Assembly (NCBI GenBank): GCA_030867685.1
Contig: JAQOWU010000007.1
Coordinates: forward strand, 992,001 to 1,056,000
Direction of reading: 5' to 3'
DNA from: Wickerhamiella versatilis
Lineage: Eukaryota
DNA length: 64,000 nucleotides
In this document: one piece after another, positions 1 through 11,145 of the stretch
Layout of the letters: each line of letters begins with the position of its first letter
Numbering within the stretch: position 1 is the first letter of the stretch
The notes under the pieces: model-generated
The model's input: the letters and a program-made list of their open reading frames with translations, nothing else
Told to the model about the DNA's origin: nothing
Databases searched by the model: none
Translations under genes and position numbers: made by a program

Positions 1-1170
1 AGCAATAACTTTCTCAGCAGCTGTATGCACACCATCAGGGCGAAGATCATCCACGACAAACTCTGCAGGATCCTCCTCCCAGAGCTCGAGCTCTGAAATT
101 CTCAAAGCCAAACAGTCGATAAGAGGAGGGAATAGATCCATAGTAATAATGCTACTAACCTGTTTGCAAGCATTCTGGAAGTCCTCACGGTCTGCGTCAT
201 CCCGAGGTCTCATTGACAACGGAAGAACCCGCTGCGGACGAACCCTAAGTGCACCTGCCAAGAAGGAGAACACGCGCACCGCTAATCTATCAAGATCGGA
301 GTCACTATTATTTCTCAATTGATAGGCATTTTGATGGATCCAGTGAACATATCCCTCAAGGAGACCCTGAGAATTTGGCATCCCTAGAATCACGAGGGGT
401 CGAGATTCGATCAAACGCATATGCATCTTTGCTAGTTTCAGTAGGTGCTTACCAGCAGTCCCACCAGCATCAAATACCTTTTGGAAGGCGTTTTCCCATA
501 CAGATCTCACAGAAGGAACTCTATGTGCGCGATCTATGGCCTCGACAAGAAGACATAAAATTTTCAGTACGAGATATGCCACATCGTCTTTGTCCGCCTG
601 CAAAAGCTGAATATAAAGATCACCAAAATAAGTTACAGATTTTACAGAGAACTCTTGGAGAGCTCTTTTCGCGGGACCTATGCGTACGTTGGATAATGCC
701 TTCAAACACTGCTGTAGTGACAGAAGAGTACTTCGCAATACATCTACATCTGCAGCTGTTACTGCTATGCCATATAAATTATCAAGTAGACTTGGCCATT
801 GCTTTGGAAAGTCAGAGCGGCATATTTTAGCAGTAACAAGAGCACATTGTCGGTGTAAGCGTGCATCATCCGGTCTTGCCGCTAGAGCAATCAACTGTTG
901 TCTAATAGACTCTCTTTCTGTTGGGCTTATAGCAGTAGGTCGCCGCCAACCCTTGTCGACAGCATTTTTCAGACAAATTATTGCAACCCAGCGTTTCACA
1001 AATGGAGCGTCAATTTCCGCATAAATTTTAAGCAACCCACTCAGATATCCATTTTGGGTACTTAACTGCTCTAACTCCTCCTCCCCACGCTTTCTTACCG
1101 AAGAATCATACTGTTCCGAGGCTTCTGTTAGAGCGTTGGACAGGCTGACGTCCATGTGTAAGCCTACCAT
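1..1170 (-). CDS. KAP120: Importin-beta family karyopherin (Kap120/importin-11-like), 3' part runs off the window
   Basis: Not in the ORF track because there is no stop in the window. Manual translation from ATG 1155 (in-frame ATG also at 1170) gives MDVSLSNALTEASEQYDSSVRKRGEEELEQL...RWVAIICLKNAVDKGWRR...AKICRSDFPKQWP...ELWEEDPAEF, an IBN_N domain and importin HEAT motifs. Confidence 0.8.
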   Translation of the reverse strand, partial: MVGLHMDVSLSNALTEASEQYDSSVRKRGEEELEQLSTQNGYLSGLLKIYAEIDAPFVKRWVAIICLKNAVDKGWRRPTAISPTERESIRQQLIALAARPDDARLHRQCALVTAKICRSDFPKQWPSLLDNLYGIAVTAADVDVLRSTLLSLQQCLKALSNVRIGPAKRALQEFSVKSVTYFGDLYIQLLQADKDDVAYLVLKILCLLVEAIDRAHRVPSVRSVWENAFQKVFDAGGTAGKHLLKLAKMHMRLIESRPLVILGMPNSQGLLEGYVHWIHQNAYQLRNNSDSDLDRLAVRVFSFLAGALRVRPQRVLPLSMRPRDDADREDFQNACKQVSSIITMDLFPPLIDCLALRISELELWEEDPAEFVVDDLRPDGVHTAAEKVIA

Positions 1171-1270
1171 GAACAATCGAGCTTTGTACTTGTAAACTTA
1201 GTTGGCTTAGGATAGTCCACCAAAATTAAATTAAATATTACCAGTGTATTCATTAGACTAATTAATTCGC

Positions 1271-2512
1271 TCACCAACGGTTGCTTTCGTCCACAATGTT
1301 TCCTGACTCGACGTAACCCAACTTTCTTTTCACCCTAGCTACTTCCTCCTCATCACCAGTGTTTTTGCCCAAGTTATCGCTGAGCTTTATAGCTGGGTGC
1401 TCATTCACAGATGAAATTTTCATTACAATGTTCATCGGTTTTGATTTCTCCGATGGGTTACTAGCCCGACGGAAATCATTGGAAAAAAAGGTGCCGACAC
1501 CAAACCTTGGAATAAGCCCTTCTTTTTCGGCCTCCTTCTTATAACTTAGGCAACGTTCAAGGTTAAGACTATCACTGTACATGATAACCTTCGAATTACT
1601 GGCATATCCCAGGTCCCGATAGAATTGACCTATTTGGTGAGTATATGTCACTGGATCCCCAGAATCCTGTCGAACACCAGCATAGATATCAGTATATGGT
1701 TTGACAAAAGTCTTCAAAAACTGTTGAGTACCAAATGTATCTGTGAGAGCTACGCCTGCCGCGCCGTTACCTACTGTATCGAGCCAAACATCCATGGCAA
1801 TCTTATTTGCTCGAGCATAGTCTTGTTTATATGCTGCTATTCCCATCATCAACTCATGAGCAACCGTACCAACAGGAGTCAAGCCAAACATGCGCGCGAA
1901 GTGTACGTTAGATGTACCAATAAGTTTTCCGGGTAAATCTGGATTTTCCTTAGCCGCCTCTACGATACCTTTCATCACCAAAGTCTGTGCATCTAGGGAA
2001 CGACGTCTACGCGAACCAAATTCGCTAAAGAAACAGCCAGATTCTAGGAGCTTCTTGGATTTAGCTTTAGCTTGTTCAAACTGGCCATCCAGATTCCAGT
2101 CTGTCTCAACAAATCGAAAGTAGCCTTCACTCACCGTAGCTAGGATAGGTATTTCATACAAGATAGCGGTTTGCCATAATCCTGACGCAGTGATTTCGAT
2201 ATCGCCATCGGGATCAAGCTCCATCTGAATTTCCTCGGAAGGATTCAAACGTACATTTGGTAGCCATTCAAGATATGACTTCGGCAAGTAGGGAAGATAT
2301 TTTTCTAAATAAGCGATTTCTTCTGGAGTAAATCGCAGCTCAGCCCACGAGTCTATTTGATCACGGATCCAGCTGACGGCCTCGGTAGTCAGCCGCATAT
2401 CTGTTGACCGATTGTAAAACTTGTAGCTGACCCGTGCATCAGAGAAATGCTTGTGAATGACTGCCTGCATCGTCAACTTATACAGGTCTGTATCAAGCAG
2501 ACTTGCTATCAT
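1271..2512 (-). CDS. NPT1: Nicotinate phosphoribosyltransferase
   Basis: SLLDTDLYKLTM, EFGSRRR, GTSNV, GTVAHE, GVRQDSGDP and IKLSDNLGK motifs. First ATG at 2512 (the track uses a GTG). Confidence 0.96.
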   Translation of the reverse strand: MIASLLDTDLYKLTMQAVIHKHFSDARVSYKFYNRSTDMRLTTEAVSWIRDQIDSWAELRFTPEEIAYLEKYLPYLPKSYLEWLPNVRLNPSEEIQMELDPDGDIEITASGLWQTAILYEIPILATVSEGYFRFVETDWNLDGQFEQAKAKSKKLLESGCFFSEFGSRRRRSLDAQTLVMKGIVEAAKENPDLPGKLIGTSNVHFARMFGLTPVGTVAHELMMGIAAYKQDYARANKIAMDVWLDTVGNGAAGVALTDTFGTQQFLKTFVKPYTDIYAGVRQDSGDPVTYTHQIGQFYRDLGYASNSKVIMYSDSLNLERCLSYKKEAEKEGLIPRFGVGTFFSNDFRRASNPSEKSKPMNIVMKISSVNEHPAIKLSDNLGKNTGDEEEVARVKRKLGYVESGNIVDESNRW

Positions 2513-2661
2513 GGTAGTAGTGATATGCCTGTTACGTAACGAAGAGTTCACGGGTGAGATCACGATAGCACGGCTTAAAGAAGATATTCTTAGATTAACA
2601 ATTTCACGAACCTAAAAAAATAAAAAAAACCATAAATACAAAACCAATTAGCAAATGTTAA

Positions 2662-4746
2662 TTACTTCGGTGGACTAACCAGAGTCATCACACGGTCAAA
2701 CAAGCCCTCAAGATTTGTGGTGGACTCGAAAAGATTGCTGAAAGTATTTATGTCCAGCAGAGGTGGTTGTTCATCGACATCAACCCTTGCTGGAGCTGGT
2801 GGTACTCTTTCACTTAAATTCACCAGCTTACCGTGAAGTGTTTCTGTCGTAGGCTGTGGCTTTTCAGCAGCGCCAATATATCTAATGACTCCCATTAAAT
2901 CGACAAATGCAAATGTTTGGGTGCTAGGAACGCGCTCAATTGCACCAACCGCCTGCTGATGTGTCATGAAATCTACAGGTATTGGCGTCTTCAAGTCAAA
3001 TACAACAATTCGTGATTGAACCACCATAGCGGTGGTCCAGTGATTGACAGCAAGTGCGAGTCGCTGCGTGGTAGGGTCTACTGCAATGAGGCGGCCACCA
3101 TGAGCTGGTGACGGAAGTGCTATCCCCCAATGCTGTTTGGCCTGGACCAAATCCCAAACCGACAAGCGATTTTTCGACAGCCCAACAAGCCAGGGTCCAC
3201 CGCCGAAAATAAGCCTTCGCACGCGGCCTCCCAAAAAGTTTGGTAGACGGTGAATGACAGCAAATAGTTTAGGGTCCACTAGGTATACTGAGGTGTCAAA
3301 TCCTAGTGCCAGGACGCTGGCATCAGGAGACCAAGCCAAGGACACGGCGGAAGTATGAAGCGCAAACCCCGGAAGTATACGCCTCATCGTCCATTTGTGG
3401 CCACGATACTGCCAAAGTCGTACTTCTCCATCATTGCTGGCGCTAGTGAATATTTCTTCATGGGGGTGTGGTTGCAGACATATCAATGGTTTGCCTTTTC
3501 CATGAGGATCCTGAACCCGTGTTTCTAAATCCCAGCCGCCGCTGGTATTTTGACGCCAAAACTTCAGGTTATATCGGTCACCATCCTTGTCAGCCGTCGC
3601 CATGGAAGTCCCATTCGATGTAAATTCGAGATGTGTAGCTTCAGGCTCTACTAAGTCGCGTTCACTGCGGACCTTACCTATAGGCAGAGATGGGGCCAGT
3701 GCCAACATACTATCTTGTTCGTCGCGTACACTATTATACACCTGTACCTGTGAGTTTCCACTCAAAAAATATACCAGACGAGAACTTGGATTGAATCTCA
3801 TATGAGCCGTGTAGTCACCAGCGACCTTGCGCTTTTTCTTATCAGGTATTTTTGCATAGTGAACTCTCACTCCGCTTACCTGGAGTCGGCTAACAAGATC
3901 GACAGCTGACAAGATTACTACCTGGCCTGTGCCAAGTGTAACACCATATAATGTTGATGTGCTATTAGTGACGATGCTCGTTATAGGACCGTCCAATCTC
4001 GGTAGGAACTGCTGTTTATTGGTTTCCATCTGCCAGAAAACCAAAACGCGCTCAGCTCCCCCCGAAATCAGGTATTCACCATTCAAACTAAACCTAAGGG
4101 CTGAGATAGCCTCCAAATGCCATTTTAGTGTGCGGATGGATTTTTGGCCGTAGTATACGTCAATTACACCTGAAGTTCCCCCAACGGCGAGCAAACCCTG
4201 ATCACTTATAGCACAAATGTGAGCTTTTCTATCTCTTTTCAATTCTTTGATAGTGTTTGTCTTACAATCCCAAGTGTAAAAAATGTGCCCATGAGCCCAA
4301 GCAATATATTGTCTCGATGGCGAAAAGGCCCAAATATCAGCTTGTCCTAAAGTCTTGAGAGGCTCGAACTTGCCCTCAGTGATTTTTCCCATACTTATAC
4401 CATCTGGACCTTCTACGAGGACATCAAGGTCATCACTGAGTACTCTCAGAATGCGACGGTCTGCAAAAATTCTCTGGAAATCGTTTGCAGCCACATCAGC
4501 GACTTCTAATGACCCGTTATTTTTTACTATGTGAAACTTCGACTCATCTTCAGTGAGCCTGAGCTGAGAAACTTCAAGGCCGTCGCAGGATATCTTAGCT
4601 ATAGCTTGACGGGTGCCGAGGTGAAAAATTTTTACTGCCAAAGCACAAACTACAGCAACCCGCTGACGGTCTTGGAAAAATACGGGATCAACACCGGGAA
4701 ATTTCCCTCCTGAGGCTGCTACTGGTGTTCTGCGTGCTTTCGCCAT
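2662..4746 (-). CDS. NAN1: t-UTP WD40 protein Utp17/Nan1 (WDR75)
   Basis: N-terminal SGG motif, LKWH...LISGGAERVLVFWQMETNKQQFLPRL, WD40 repeats. Confidence 0.9.
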   Translation of the reverse strand: MAKARRTPVAASGGKFPGVDPVFFQDRQRVAVVCALAVKIFHLGTRQAIAKISCDGLEVSQLRLTEDESKFHIVKNNGSLEVADVAANDFQRIFADRRILRVLSDDLDVLVEGPDGISMGKITEGKFEPLKTLGQADIWAFSPSRQYIAWAHGHIFYTWDCKTNTIKELKRDRKAHICAISDQGLLAVGGTSGVIDVYYGQKSIRTLKWHLEAISALRFSLNGEYLISGGAERVLVFWQMETNKQQFLPRLDGPITSIVTNSTSTLYGVTLGTGQVVILSAVDLVSRLQVSGVRVHYAKIPDKKKRKVAGDYTAHMRFNPSSRLVYFLSGNSQVQVYNSVRDEQDSMLALAPSLPIGKVRSERDLVEPEATHLEFTSNGTSMATADKDGDRYNLKFWRQNTSGGWDLETRVQDPHGKGKPLICLQPHPHEEIFTSASNDGEVRLWQYRGHKWTMRRILPGFALHTSAVSLAWSPDASVLALGFDTSVYLVDPKLFAVIHRLPNFLGGRVRRLIFGGGPWLVGLSKNRLSVWDLVQAKQHWGIALPSPAHGGRLIAVDPTTQRLALAVNHWTTAMVVQSRIVVFDLKTPIPVDFMTHQQAVGAIERVPSTQTFAFVDLMGVIRYIGAAEKPQPTTETLHGKLVNLSERVPPAPARVDVDEQPPLLDINTFSNLFESTTNLEGLFDRVMTLVSPPK

Positions 4747-4925
4747 AGCTCTTCAACCAGGAAGAAAATATTATGTAATCCGGATATATCAGAATTTCAC
4801 TTCCACTATGTACAATAACATTTGCTGCGTTTAACTGTTTTTTAAAATGAATATTTAAAATTGATAGGCTCACAAAGAGCAACTAACTAGTAAGACTGTA
4901 ATGCATTAATATTAAAGAGATGAAT

Positions 4926-7226
4926 TTATTCATCGATTTCCATAGACTTATGTTGTACTCCGCCTTGTCTCCCAATGCCTGCCTCTGCTGCAACTTGGCG
5001 GGACACCTTAGCCTCCTGCCTAGCAATTTCTTCCTCTGGGTCGTCAGTGTCAGCCTCTGCATAAGCCATAACCAATCTGCGGCCAAGCAAATGAGCACCA
5101 GTAAGCGACGACATCGCATGTTCAGCTTCTTCTGGCGTGGCAAAATCAGCAAAAGCAAAACCCCGCAGCTGGCCATTGAATTTCTTTGGTACCCGTACGC
5201 TACGCAATTGTCCGAAGCTTCCAAAAAGTTCACGTATGTCTTTCTTGGTGGTTTCGAAGGGAATATTCTTGATAATGATTTTGGTAGAACCGCGGGATTT
5301 GGGTGCTTCTGTGACACCACGGCTTGATATCTTCAGTTGTAACGCATGTCCATCAAGCTCATGCCCATCAAGTGCTGCTATAGCCGCATTGGCTTGCTGT
5401 AATGTCCTAAATTCAGCGAACCCATAACCCATACTTTGCCCGTTCGCCTTAGTTTTGATCTGGGCTAATTCGAAACCAGGGAGATTCCGGAAAAGATTGT
5501 TCAAAGATTTCAGAGCTGTATTGAAGTTAAGGTTTTTCACGAAAACAGAAGTGTGAACAGGCATAATCTCTCCTTCTGAGGGTGGAGCAAGCTCGGAGGT
5601 ATCAATTTTAGAATTGGTTTGTTTTGTGGCTGGCTGTTTTTCAGGAGCCACAGAGTCAAGGAGCCCCTTAGGGCCCTTTTGTAAGTATAGAACAGAATTC
5701 CCCAACCGACGAAATGCGAGCTTCGTGAACGCCTGTCTGCCACCAACAGAGGTTTCCATCTGTACAATTGCAATACCTCCCTCAGGTGGCATCAACACAC
5801 GCGAAACCTCACCATGCTTCGAAAAAAGGTCACGCAATTCGTCCAATGAAACACCCGCTGGCAAATTTTTCACGAGAATGATTTTGTCGGTTACATCCTG
5901 TTTGGTCAATTTCGCTAGATCAACACCCTTGGAACGGAAGTAAGATTGCACGGACTCTAAGACAGATGATTCTGCCAGAGCTTGTTTCACAGCCATATTA
6001 GATGAGTGTGGGTCCATCATTTCCGATTTTGTTACACCAAGACGCTTGGAAACAGTTTCCATAACAGCGTCTTGATTAAGATATAAAGAATTCCAACTAA
6101 ACTGAGCTTTCTGGGCTGCCATCTTCTTCTTTAACAATTCTCGTTTCTTGAGAGGCATGTTTGCCAACTCAAACTCGTCGAGAGTGAAACCACGTTTGGG
6201 CTCTGCACCAATCACATGGAGTAATCTTCCTTGAAAAATAATACCATCAAGTTCTTTCCAGGCTTCCACAGCCTCTTCAGGAGCTTGAAATGTGATAAAC
6301 GCCATACCTTTGGGCCGATCCGTTCGCGTATCAACAGGGAGATGTACCTCTTCTACAGTACGGTACTTTGCTGTGAGGTCACGCAAGTCTTCTTCTGTCA
6401 CCGTATAAGCCAAATTCCTCAAAAACAGACGACCCGTTCGCATAATCAGATTCTCAGTATTATCGCTAGGGGAAGGTTCTTCCTCAGTCACAATTTCTTC
6501 TTTCTTCGGAGCCGGCGTAGGTTTAGAGCCATCAGATTTAATCATTGTCTGACGTTTACGAAGCCAGTCCATATCTGAAATCTCTTCCTTCGTCGAATCA
6601 TCTGATGCCTCTTGCCGATCGTCCTCTTCGTCAATTATCTCCTCATGCTCACCTTCTCTTTCCATATTATCATCCTGATGGCCTTCATCTTCATTTACAG
6701 GAGAATTCCCTGCAATACTCTTATTATCCATGGTCATGTCATTAACATCCTCATCATTTTCACTTTCATGTCCTTTCATGTCCGAATAAGGGACCTCGGT
6801 CGAATTATCCTGCCATGTAGGGCCCTTATTAGACCTTCTTGTTTCAAGATATTCCGCTAATTGCGGATCTTCTATGCGTGGTTTCTTCACCTGCTCCTCA
6901 TGACGCTCCTGGCGCTCCTGGCGCTCATTTTCCCGCACACGTTTTTGTCTCGCCTTCTCCCGGCTAGAAACAAGTGACGAATCACCTAGAACCTTAGCTA
7001 GTGTCACCTCAAGTTTGGATGTTCTCATAAAACTCATATTAAAAAAATTCGTGGCTGCCTCCGCTTCTTCAGGGGATTTGTATCCTACGAACGCAAAGCG
7101 GCGCGAGCTCCCATCACGCTTTCTTAACAATTTTACATCAGTAATTGTGCCTCTAGAGGAAAAATGCTGCCTGATCATAGCCTCATCCGCATTGGGCGGC
7201 AAGTTTTTCACAATAACTCGAGACAT
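4926..7226 (-). CDS. MRD1: Multiple-RRM pre-rRNA processing protein Mrd1
   Basis: MSRVIVKNLP start, five RRMs, WNSLYLNQDAV and AVKQALAE motifs, HLLGRRLV. Confidence 0.96.
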   Translation of the reverse strand: MSRVIVKNLPPNADEAMIRQHFSSRGTITDVKLLRKRDGSSRRFAFVGYKSPEEAEAATNFFNMSFMRTSKLEVTLAKVLGDSSLVSSREKARQKRVRENERQERQERHEEQVKKPRIEDPQLAEYLETRRSNKGPTWQDNSTEVPYSDMKGHESENDEDVNDMTMDNKSIAGNSPVNEDEGHQDDNMEREGEHEEIIDEEDDRQEASDDSTKEEISDMDWLRKRQTMIKSDGSKPTPAPKKEEIVTEEEPSPSDNTENLIMRTGRLFLRNLAYTVTEEDLRDLTAKYRTVEEVHLPVDTRTDRPKGMAFITFQAPEEAVEAWKELDGIIFQGRLLHVIGAEPKRGFTLDEFELANMPLKKRELLKKKMAAQKAQFSWNSLYLNQDAVMETVSKRLGVTKSEMMDPHSSNMAVKQALAESSVLESVQSYFRSKGVDLAKLTKQDVTDKIILVKNLPAGVSLDELRDLFSKHGEVSRVLMPPEGGIAIVQMETSVGGRQAFTKLAFRRLGNSVLYLQKGPKGLLDSVAPEKQPATKQTNSKIDTSELAPPSEGEIMPVHTSVFVKNLNFNTALKSLNNLFRNLPGFELAQIKTKANGQSMGYGFAEFRTLQQANAAIAALDGHELDGHALQLKISSRGVTEAPKSRGSTKIIIKNIPFETTKKDIRELFGSFGQLRSVRVPKKFNGQLRGFAFADFATPEEAEHAMSSLTGAHLLGRRLVMAYAEADTDDPEEEIARQEAKVSRQVAAEAGIGRQGGVQHKSMEIDE

Positions 7227-7262
7227 AAAATGAAAATTATATAAGCCAAGCTCTCATTCATC

Positions 7263-8798
7263 ATGAACAGGCTGGTGACCAAACTAACACCGGAAGAGGG
7301 CTATGAGCTATCTATTGATGAGATAGAGCCACCTGTACATAACCAGTCAGGAGAGTCGATGAGGGCAAGGACGCAAGTGGTTTCAGCGTCTTCTAAGAAA
7401 TTAACGAGGATCGAGGGTGAATTCGAGGGCTGCCGTAGTTTTGTCGACGAACTTGAGAGTTGGTTCTCAGTTTGCACCATTGACCTAGATGCAATCGTCC
7501 AAGAAAGTCCCTCAATTACTAGTAGTCATGTCCGGCAACAGTTGGCATATGTTCTAGGCGACCTCAAAACACCAAAAGATTTTAAGCAACTCCAAATCCA
7601 AGTACAGTCAAGGATTCAGGAACTCTTCGATCTTAAAGGCGAGAAGATCGCTAAGGAATACGCTACGAGTGATGATAAGTGTGCCCTAACCCTGTCATTT
7701 ATGATGCTCCTGTCGAGGACAAACATCACTAGCCCCGAAGTAATTTCAGCAGTTTTTACCAAAATAGCGAGTCTGAGGTGGAGGGATACGTCAGACATAT
7801 CGCTTTATGCACAGATACTCCGAATTGCTCTGTGGAGGACTTTAGGTGACCCCCGAGGCGAGAAGCCATATGATGCCCATTGTTATGTCGCGAATGACAC
7901 CGTAATACGTCGCAAAATATTTAACCAAAAGGCACTAGATCAATTTGAAAAGGAAAGCTCAATGATGAAAAATGAAAGCGCATCGGGTCAAGTAGACCCA
8001 GAACGACCTGCATCTCTGGAACATAGACTTTATATTACTTTGTTGCCACGCATGAAATCTTTCATCCGTGCGATTACCTACTATTTGGCTGAACATATTT
8101 CGATAATCGATATGGGTATTCATGCGGCAGTAGTATCTTTGGCGTGGCTACTCGAATGGTTTGGCAGGGCCCACATTTTGGCTGGAGAGTATTTTGCTGC
8201 ACTTCTATTTGACTCACAAATGCATGTAATAGCTCATGAGTTCTTTTCGCGCCATGGCAATCTTTTAGAAGAGCTTTCACATCCTGGCACTGGCGGTTTC
8301 TGGTTGAAACTTTGGCAGCTTGCTGGAGAGCCTAGAGATTATGGGCTACCTACTCAAAAAAAGTCGAAAATTGTGTCTGACCCTGCCCAAGGGCTTTCAC
8401 TCGAAGGCTTCAATCATTTTCGTTTGGAGACTTACATTTCTCTCGCCATTCTCGAGAAGGACTGTGTTCTTAGTACTACTGAACGCATCATTATGGCAGC
8501 AGAATTACCCACCGAGCCTATAAAATGTTTGCTTGCAACTTACAACAGACAGTTATGGTCAATTGTCTTGTCTTTGGTTCGTGCGGAAGCTCCCTATAAT
8601 ACTAAACGCTGGCGCTATTTAAACATGGAGCTTATATCTGCCATATACTTGCATTGTCCCCCTTCTCCATTCGATAATTGGCTTAATGACGATGATCTGA
8701 GCTCTGAGATTCGAATGGCACAAACACACGAGGAGGATTTGCGTGCATTACTTGAGTTCTATAATATGAGATGCATACGTGGAACAGAGGACTGCTGA
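7263..8798 (+). CDS. FAR11: Far11/STRIP-like protein (shortened)
   Basis: C-terminal RWRYLNMELISAIYLHC...DNWL...EEDLRALLEFYN matches the Far11/STRIP C-terminal domain; also LLEWF...HIL..EYFAALLFDS. Start codon uncertain. Confidence 0.78.
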   Translation: MNRLVTKLTPEEGYELSIDEIEPPVHNQSGESMRARTQVVSASSKKLTRIEGEFEGCRSFVDELESWFSVCTIDLDAIVQESPSITSSHVRQQLAYVLGDLKTPKDFKQLQIQVQSRIQELFDLKGEKIAKEYATSDDKCALTLSFMMLLSRTNITSPEVISAVFTKIASLRWRDTSDISLYAQILRIALWRTLGDPRGEKPYDAHCYVANDTVIRRKIFNQKALDQFEKESSMMKNESASGQVDPERPASLEHRLYITLLPRMKSFIRAITYYLAEHISIIDMGIHAAVVSLAWLLEWFGRAHILAGEYFAALLFDSQMHVIAHEFFSRHGNLLEELSHPGTGGFWLKLWQLAGEPRDYGLPTQKKSKIVSDPAQGLSLEGFNHFRLETYISLAILEKDCVLSTTERIIMAAELPTEPIKCLLATYNRQLWSIVLSLVRAEAPYNTKRWRYLNMELISAIYLHCPPSPFDNWLNDDDLSSEIRMAQTHEEDLRALLEFYNMRCIRGTEDC

Positions 8799-9054
8799 GA
8801 ACCCCAGCAGAACTTGGCTCACGCTTGACGATTTACTATCACTAAAATTATGACATTGATTTATTTTCTTCTACGATTTTTATTGAAATACTACGTAGAG
8901 GTGGAACTAAGATTACAAATAGTCTGTTTCCATCGAGAGACAGTTATGAAAAAATAGCTCCCTCCGCAACATAAGGAATAACTATGATTAGAGAGCAGCA
9001 CGCTCCTTTGAGAGCACAGCATGCAAATGAAGATTCAAAGATGAAAGACGGGCA

Positions 9055-10728
9055 TTATCTCTGATCTATCAACGCACAAACCCGCTTAGCAAGAGCAGGC
9101 ACAGCAATCTGAGAGGTATATGAGCGTTCATCGCCCTCCTCAACAATTTCTACCTCTTGTGTCGCCAATGCCCTAACAGAATTAACGAGATCAGCCGACT
9201 CAGAGAATTTTTGGCGTAGACGGCTGTCGTCACTTTCAAGTAGCTGTAAAATTGTCCAGACCGCAATATGCTCAAAGGTGGGCTCTTTGGACCTTAGGAA
9301 ACTCAAAAGGAAATCATGTATGCCGCCATCCGGTTGGTTCCATGCATCCACGAACGGCTGATAATCCGCAACTTTCGAGCTCAAATTACCCAAGGCAGCA
9401 GCGGAATTGCCCTGTACTTCCACATTGTCGAGATGGGTTAGAGGAATAAGCTTTTCTACGATTCCCATTTCGAGTATTGAGGACTTTAACTCGTCACCCA
9501 AGGCGAGCACCGCAATACAGGCGGTGATCTCACTCTGGACTGACGCCGGGACGCGAGGAAGCAATGCGAGCATCTTCTGCACAGCACCGCTTTCAACAAT
9601 ATTCATCTTGGTACGTTCAGAGGACGCGGCAAGATTGCGCATAGACGACACGGTGTGACACAAGATTTCCTCGCTGTCCGTTTTGCCAAGCAAATCCACC
9701 AGCGGCGGCAGAAAGCCCGCGTCAATGATAGCTGATTCATTTTGCGGATGAATCGACACATTACGAATGCAAGCTACTGCAGCAAGCACAAGAGGGGAGT
9801 GCTGGCCCTGAATCAAAGAGAGCAGAAGAGGTAGCCCATTGCTTCGAACAATCTCCACTTGGTAATTAACATCGGAGGCAAGGTTCCTGAGAGCAAGTGC
9901 AGCCTGGCACTGAATACGTGGTGAGGAAGAGCCCATCAAATGGACCAAATGAAGCACCAGGTGTGGTTCAGTTTGAGCCAGTCTCGCACGGTTCTCGGCC
10001 TCGACAGCGATGTTGCTAAGCGCGGTGGTGCAGTAGTACTGCACATCCGGGTCTGTGGAGCTAAGAAGAGATACAAGGACTGGAATGGCATCTGCATTGA
10101 CAAGCTCCCGTCTGTTCTCGTCGCTATGCGTCATGTTAAGCAGTGCACCGGTGGCATTGCGCTGGACCCGCATATCACGGGATTTGGCCAACTTGGTGAG
10201 GGGCAAAAGTGCGCCACTTCTCGCAATTTTTGCCTTGTTATCCTCAAAAGTTGCCAAGTTCGTCATGCATCCAACGGCATTGCACTGCACTTCTACATTA
10301 GGACTCATCATTTGCTTCATCAGAGGACCCAGGCCCCCCATCTCAACAATCAACTTTTTATTCTCATTGTTCACTGCAAGATTACCGAGTGCCGCGCCAG
10401 CAGCCCTTTGAACTTCAGAGTCAGGGGACTGAAGCAATACGAGTATAGGCTCGAGCACCTTTGCATCAACGGCACTGATATACTTTTCAGTAATTTCCGC
10501 AAATGCAAGGGCTGCACTTCGCTGAAGGTCGATATTATCACTGTTCACAAGTGTTGTAAGTGCCTTCAACGAGCCTTCAGAGAATAGGTCGTAGTCCTCA
10601 CGGTTATCGAGGTATTGAAGTAGTGTTTCGACAGCATGACGTTCCTCCTCCCCCAAAAGCGGCGTACGTGCCTCGCTATCGGCTCTTTCATGCCCACAAC
10701 AGCAGCACTGGGACAATGTTTGGCCCAT
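9055..10728 (-). CDS. VAC8: Vacuolar armadillo-repeat protein Vac8
   Basis: MG start plus Cys cluster (myristoyl/palmitoyl sites), [18 protein letters not shown] repeats. Confidence 0.97.
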   Translation of the reverse strand: MGQTLSQCCCCGHERADSEARTPLLGEEERHAVETLLQYLDNREDYDLFSEGSLKALTTLVNSDNIDLQRSAALAFAEITEKYISAVDAKVLEPILVLLQSPDSEVQRAAGAALGNLAVNNENKKLIVEMGGLGPLMKQMMSPNVEVQCNAVGCMTNLATFEDNKAKIARSGALLPLTKLAKSRDMRVQRNATGALLNMTHSDENRRELVNADAIPVLVSLLSSTDPDVQYYCTTALSNIAVEAENRARLAQTEPHLVLHLVHLMGSSSPRIQCQAALALRNLASDVNYQVEIVRSNGLPLLLSLIQGQHSPLVLAAVACIRNVSIHPQNESAIIDAGFLPPLVDLLGKTDSEEILCHTVSSMRNLAASSERTKMNIVESGAVQKMLALLPRVPASVQSEITACIAVLALGDELKSSILEMGIVEKLIPLTHLDNVEVQGNSAAALGNLSSKVADYQPFVDAWNQPDGGIHDFLLSFLRSKEPTFEHIAVWTILQLLESDDSRLRQKFSESADLVNSVRALATQEVEIVEEGDERSYTSQIAVPALAKRVCALIDQR

Positions 10729-10740
10729 TTCCAGCTGGAG

Positions 10741-10907
10741 CTGCTTTTATGATTAGTAACAGATTCCGCTTCCTTCCGTTTGTGGTGCTTCCGTTCGAGA
10801 GGTAAGGGCATCACTTATCGCGACGCATTTCGATTCCATCGACGAGCTGCAATAGAATTTGAGTCAAAATTTTCAGGTCTAAATGTTTAAGAGGGGGTCG
10901 TACTTAC
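10741..10907 (-). other. Possible 5'UTR intron of VAC8
   Basis: Minus strand GTAAGT at 10907-10902, TACTAAT at 10758-10752, CAG ending at 10741, 12 nt before the ATG. Confidence 0.4.
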
Positions 10908-11145
10908 ATATATTACTGCATTCATAAGAGAAATATCAATCTTACACGGCTTGCGTGTTTCTAAATCCATAATCAGGTAACGTAATAAGTTCAGATCACA
11001 ACCGATATGGCAACTTCCTGTTTCCAAGAGATTAGGCTCATAAAGGCATTATTTATGTTTCTGAACGAAGTATTAGACCACGACTAACCCATTGGCCTTT
11101 ACATAGAAGCGCGAACGAAATATCGTTGACCTACGCGGTCAAATA

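Noticed and set aside
249-1024. Plus-strand ORFs of 193 and 114 aa
   Set aside because: Antisense to the importin gene read on the minus strand.
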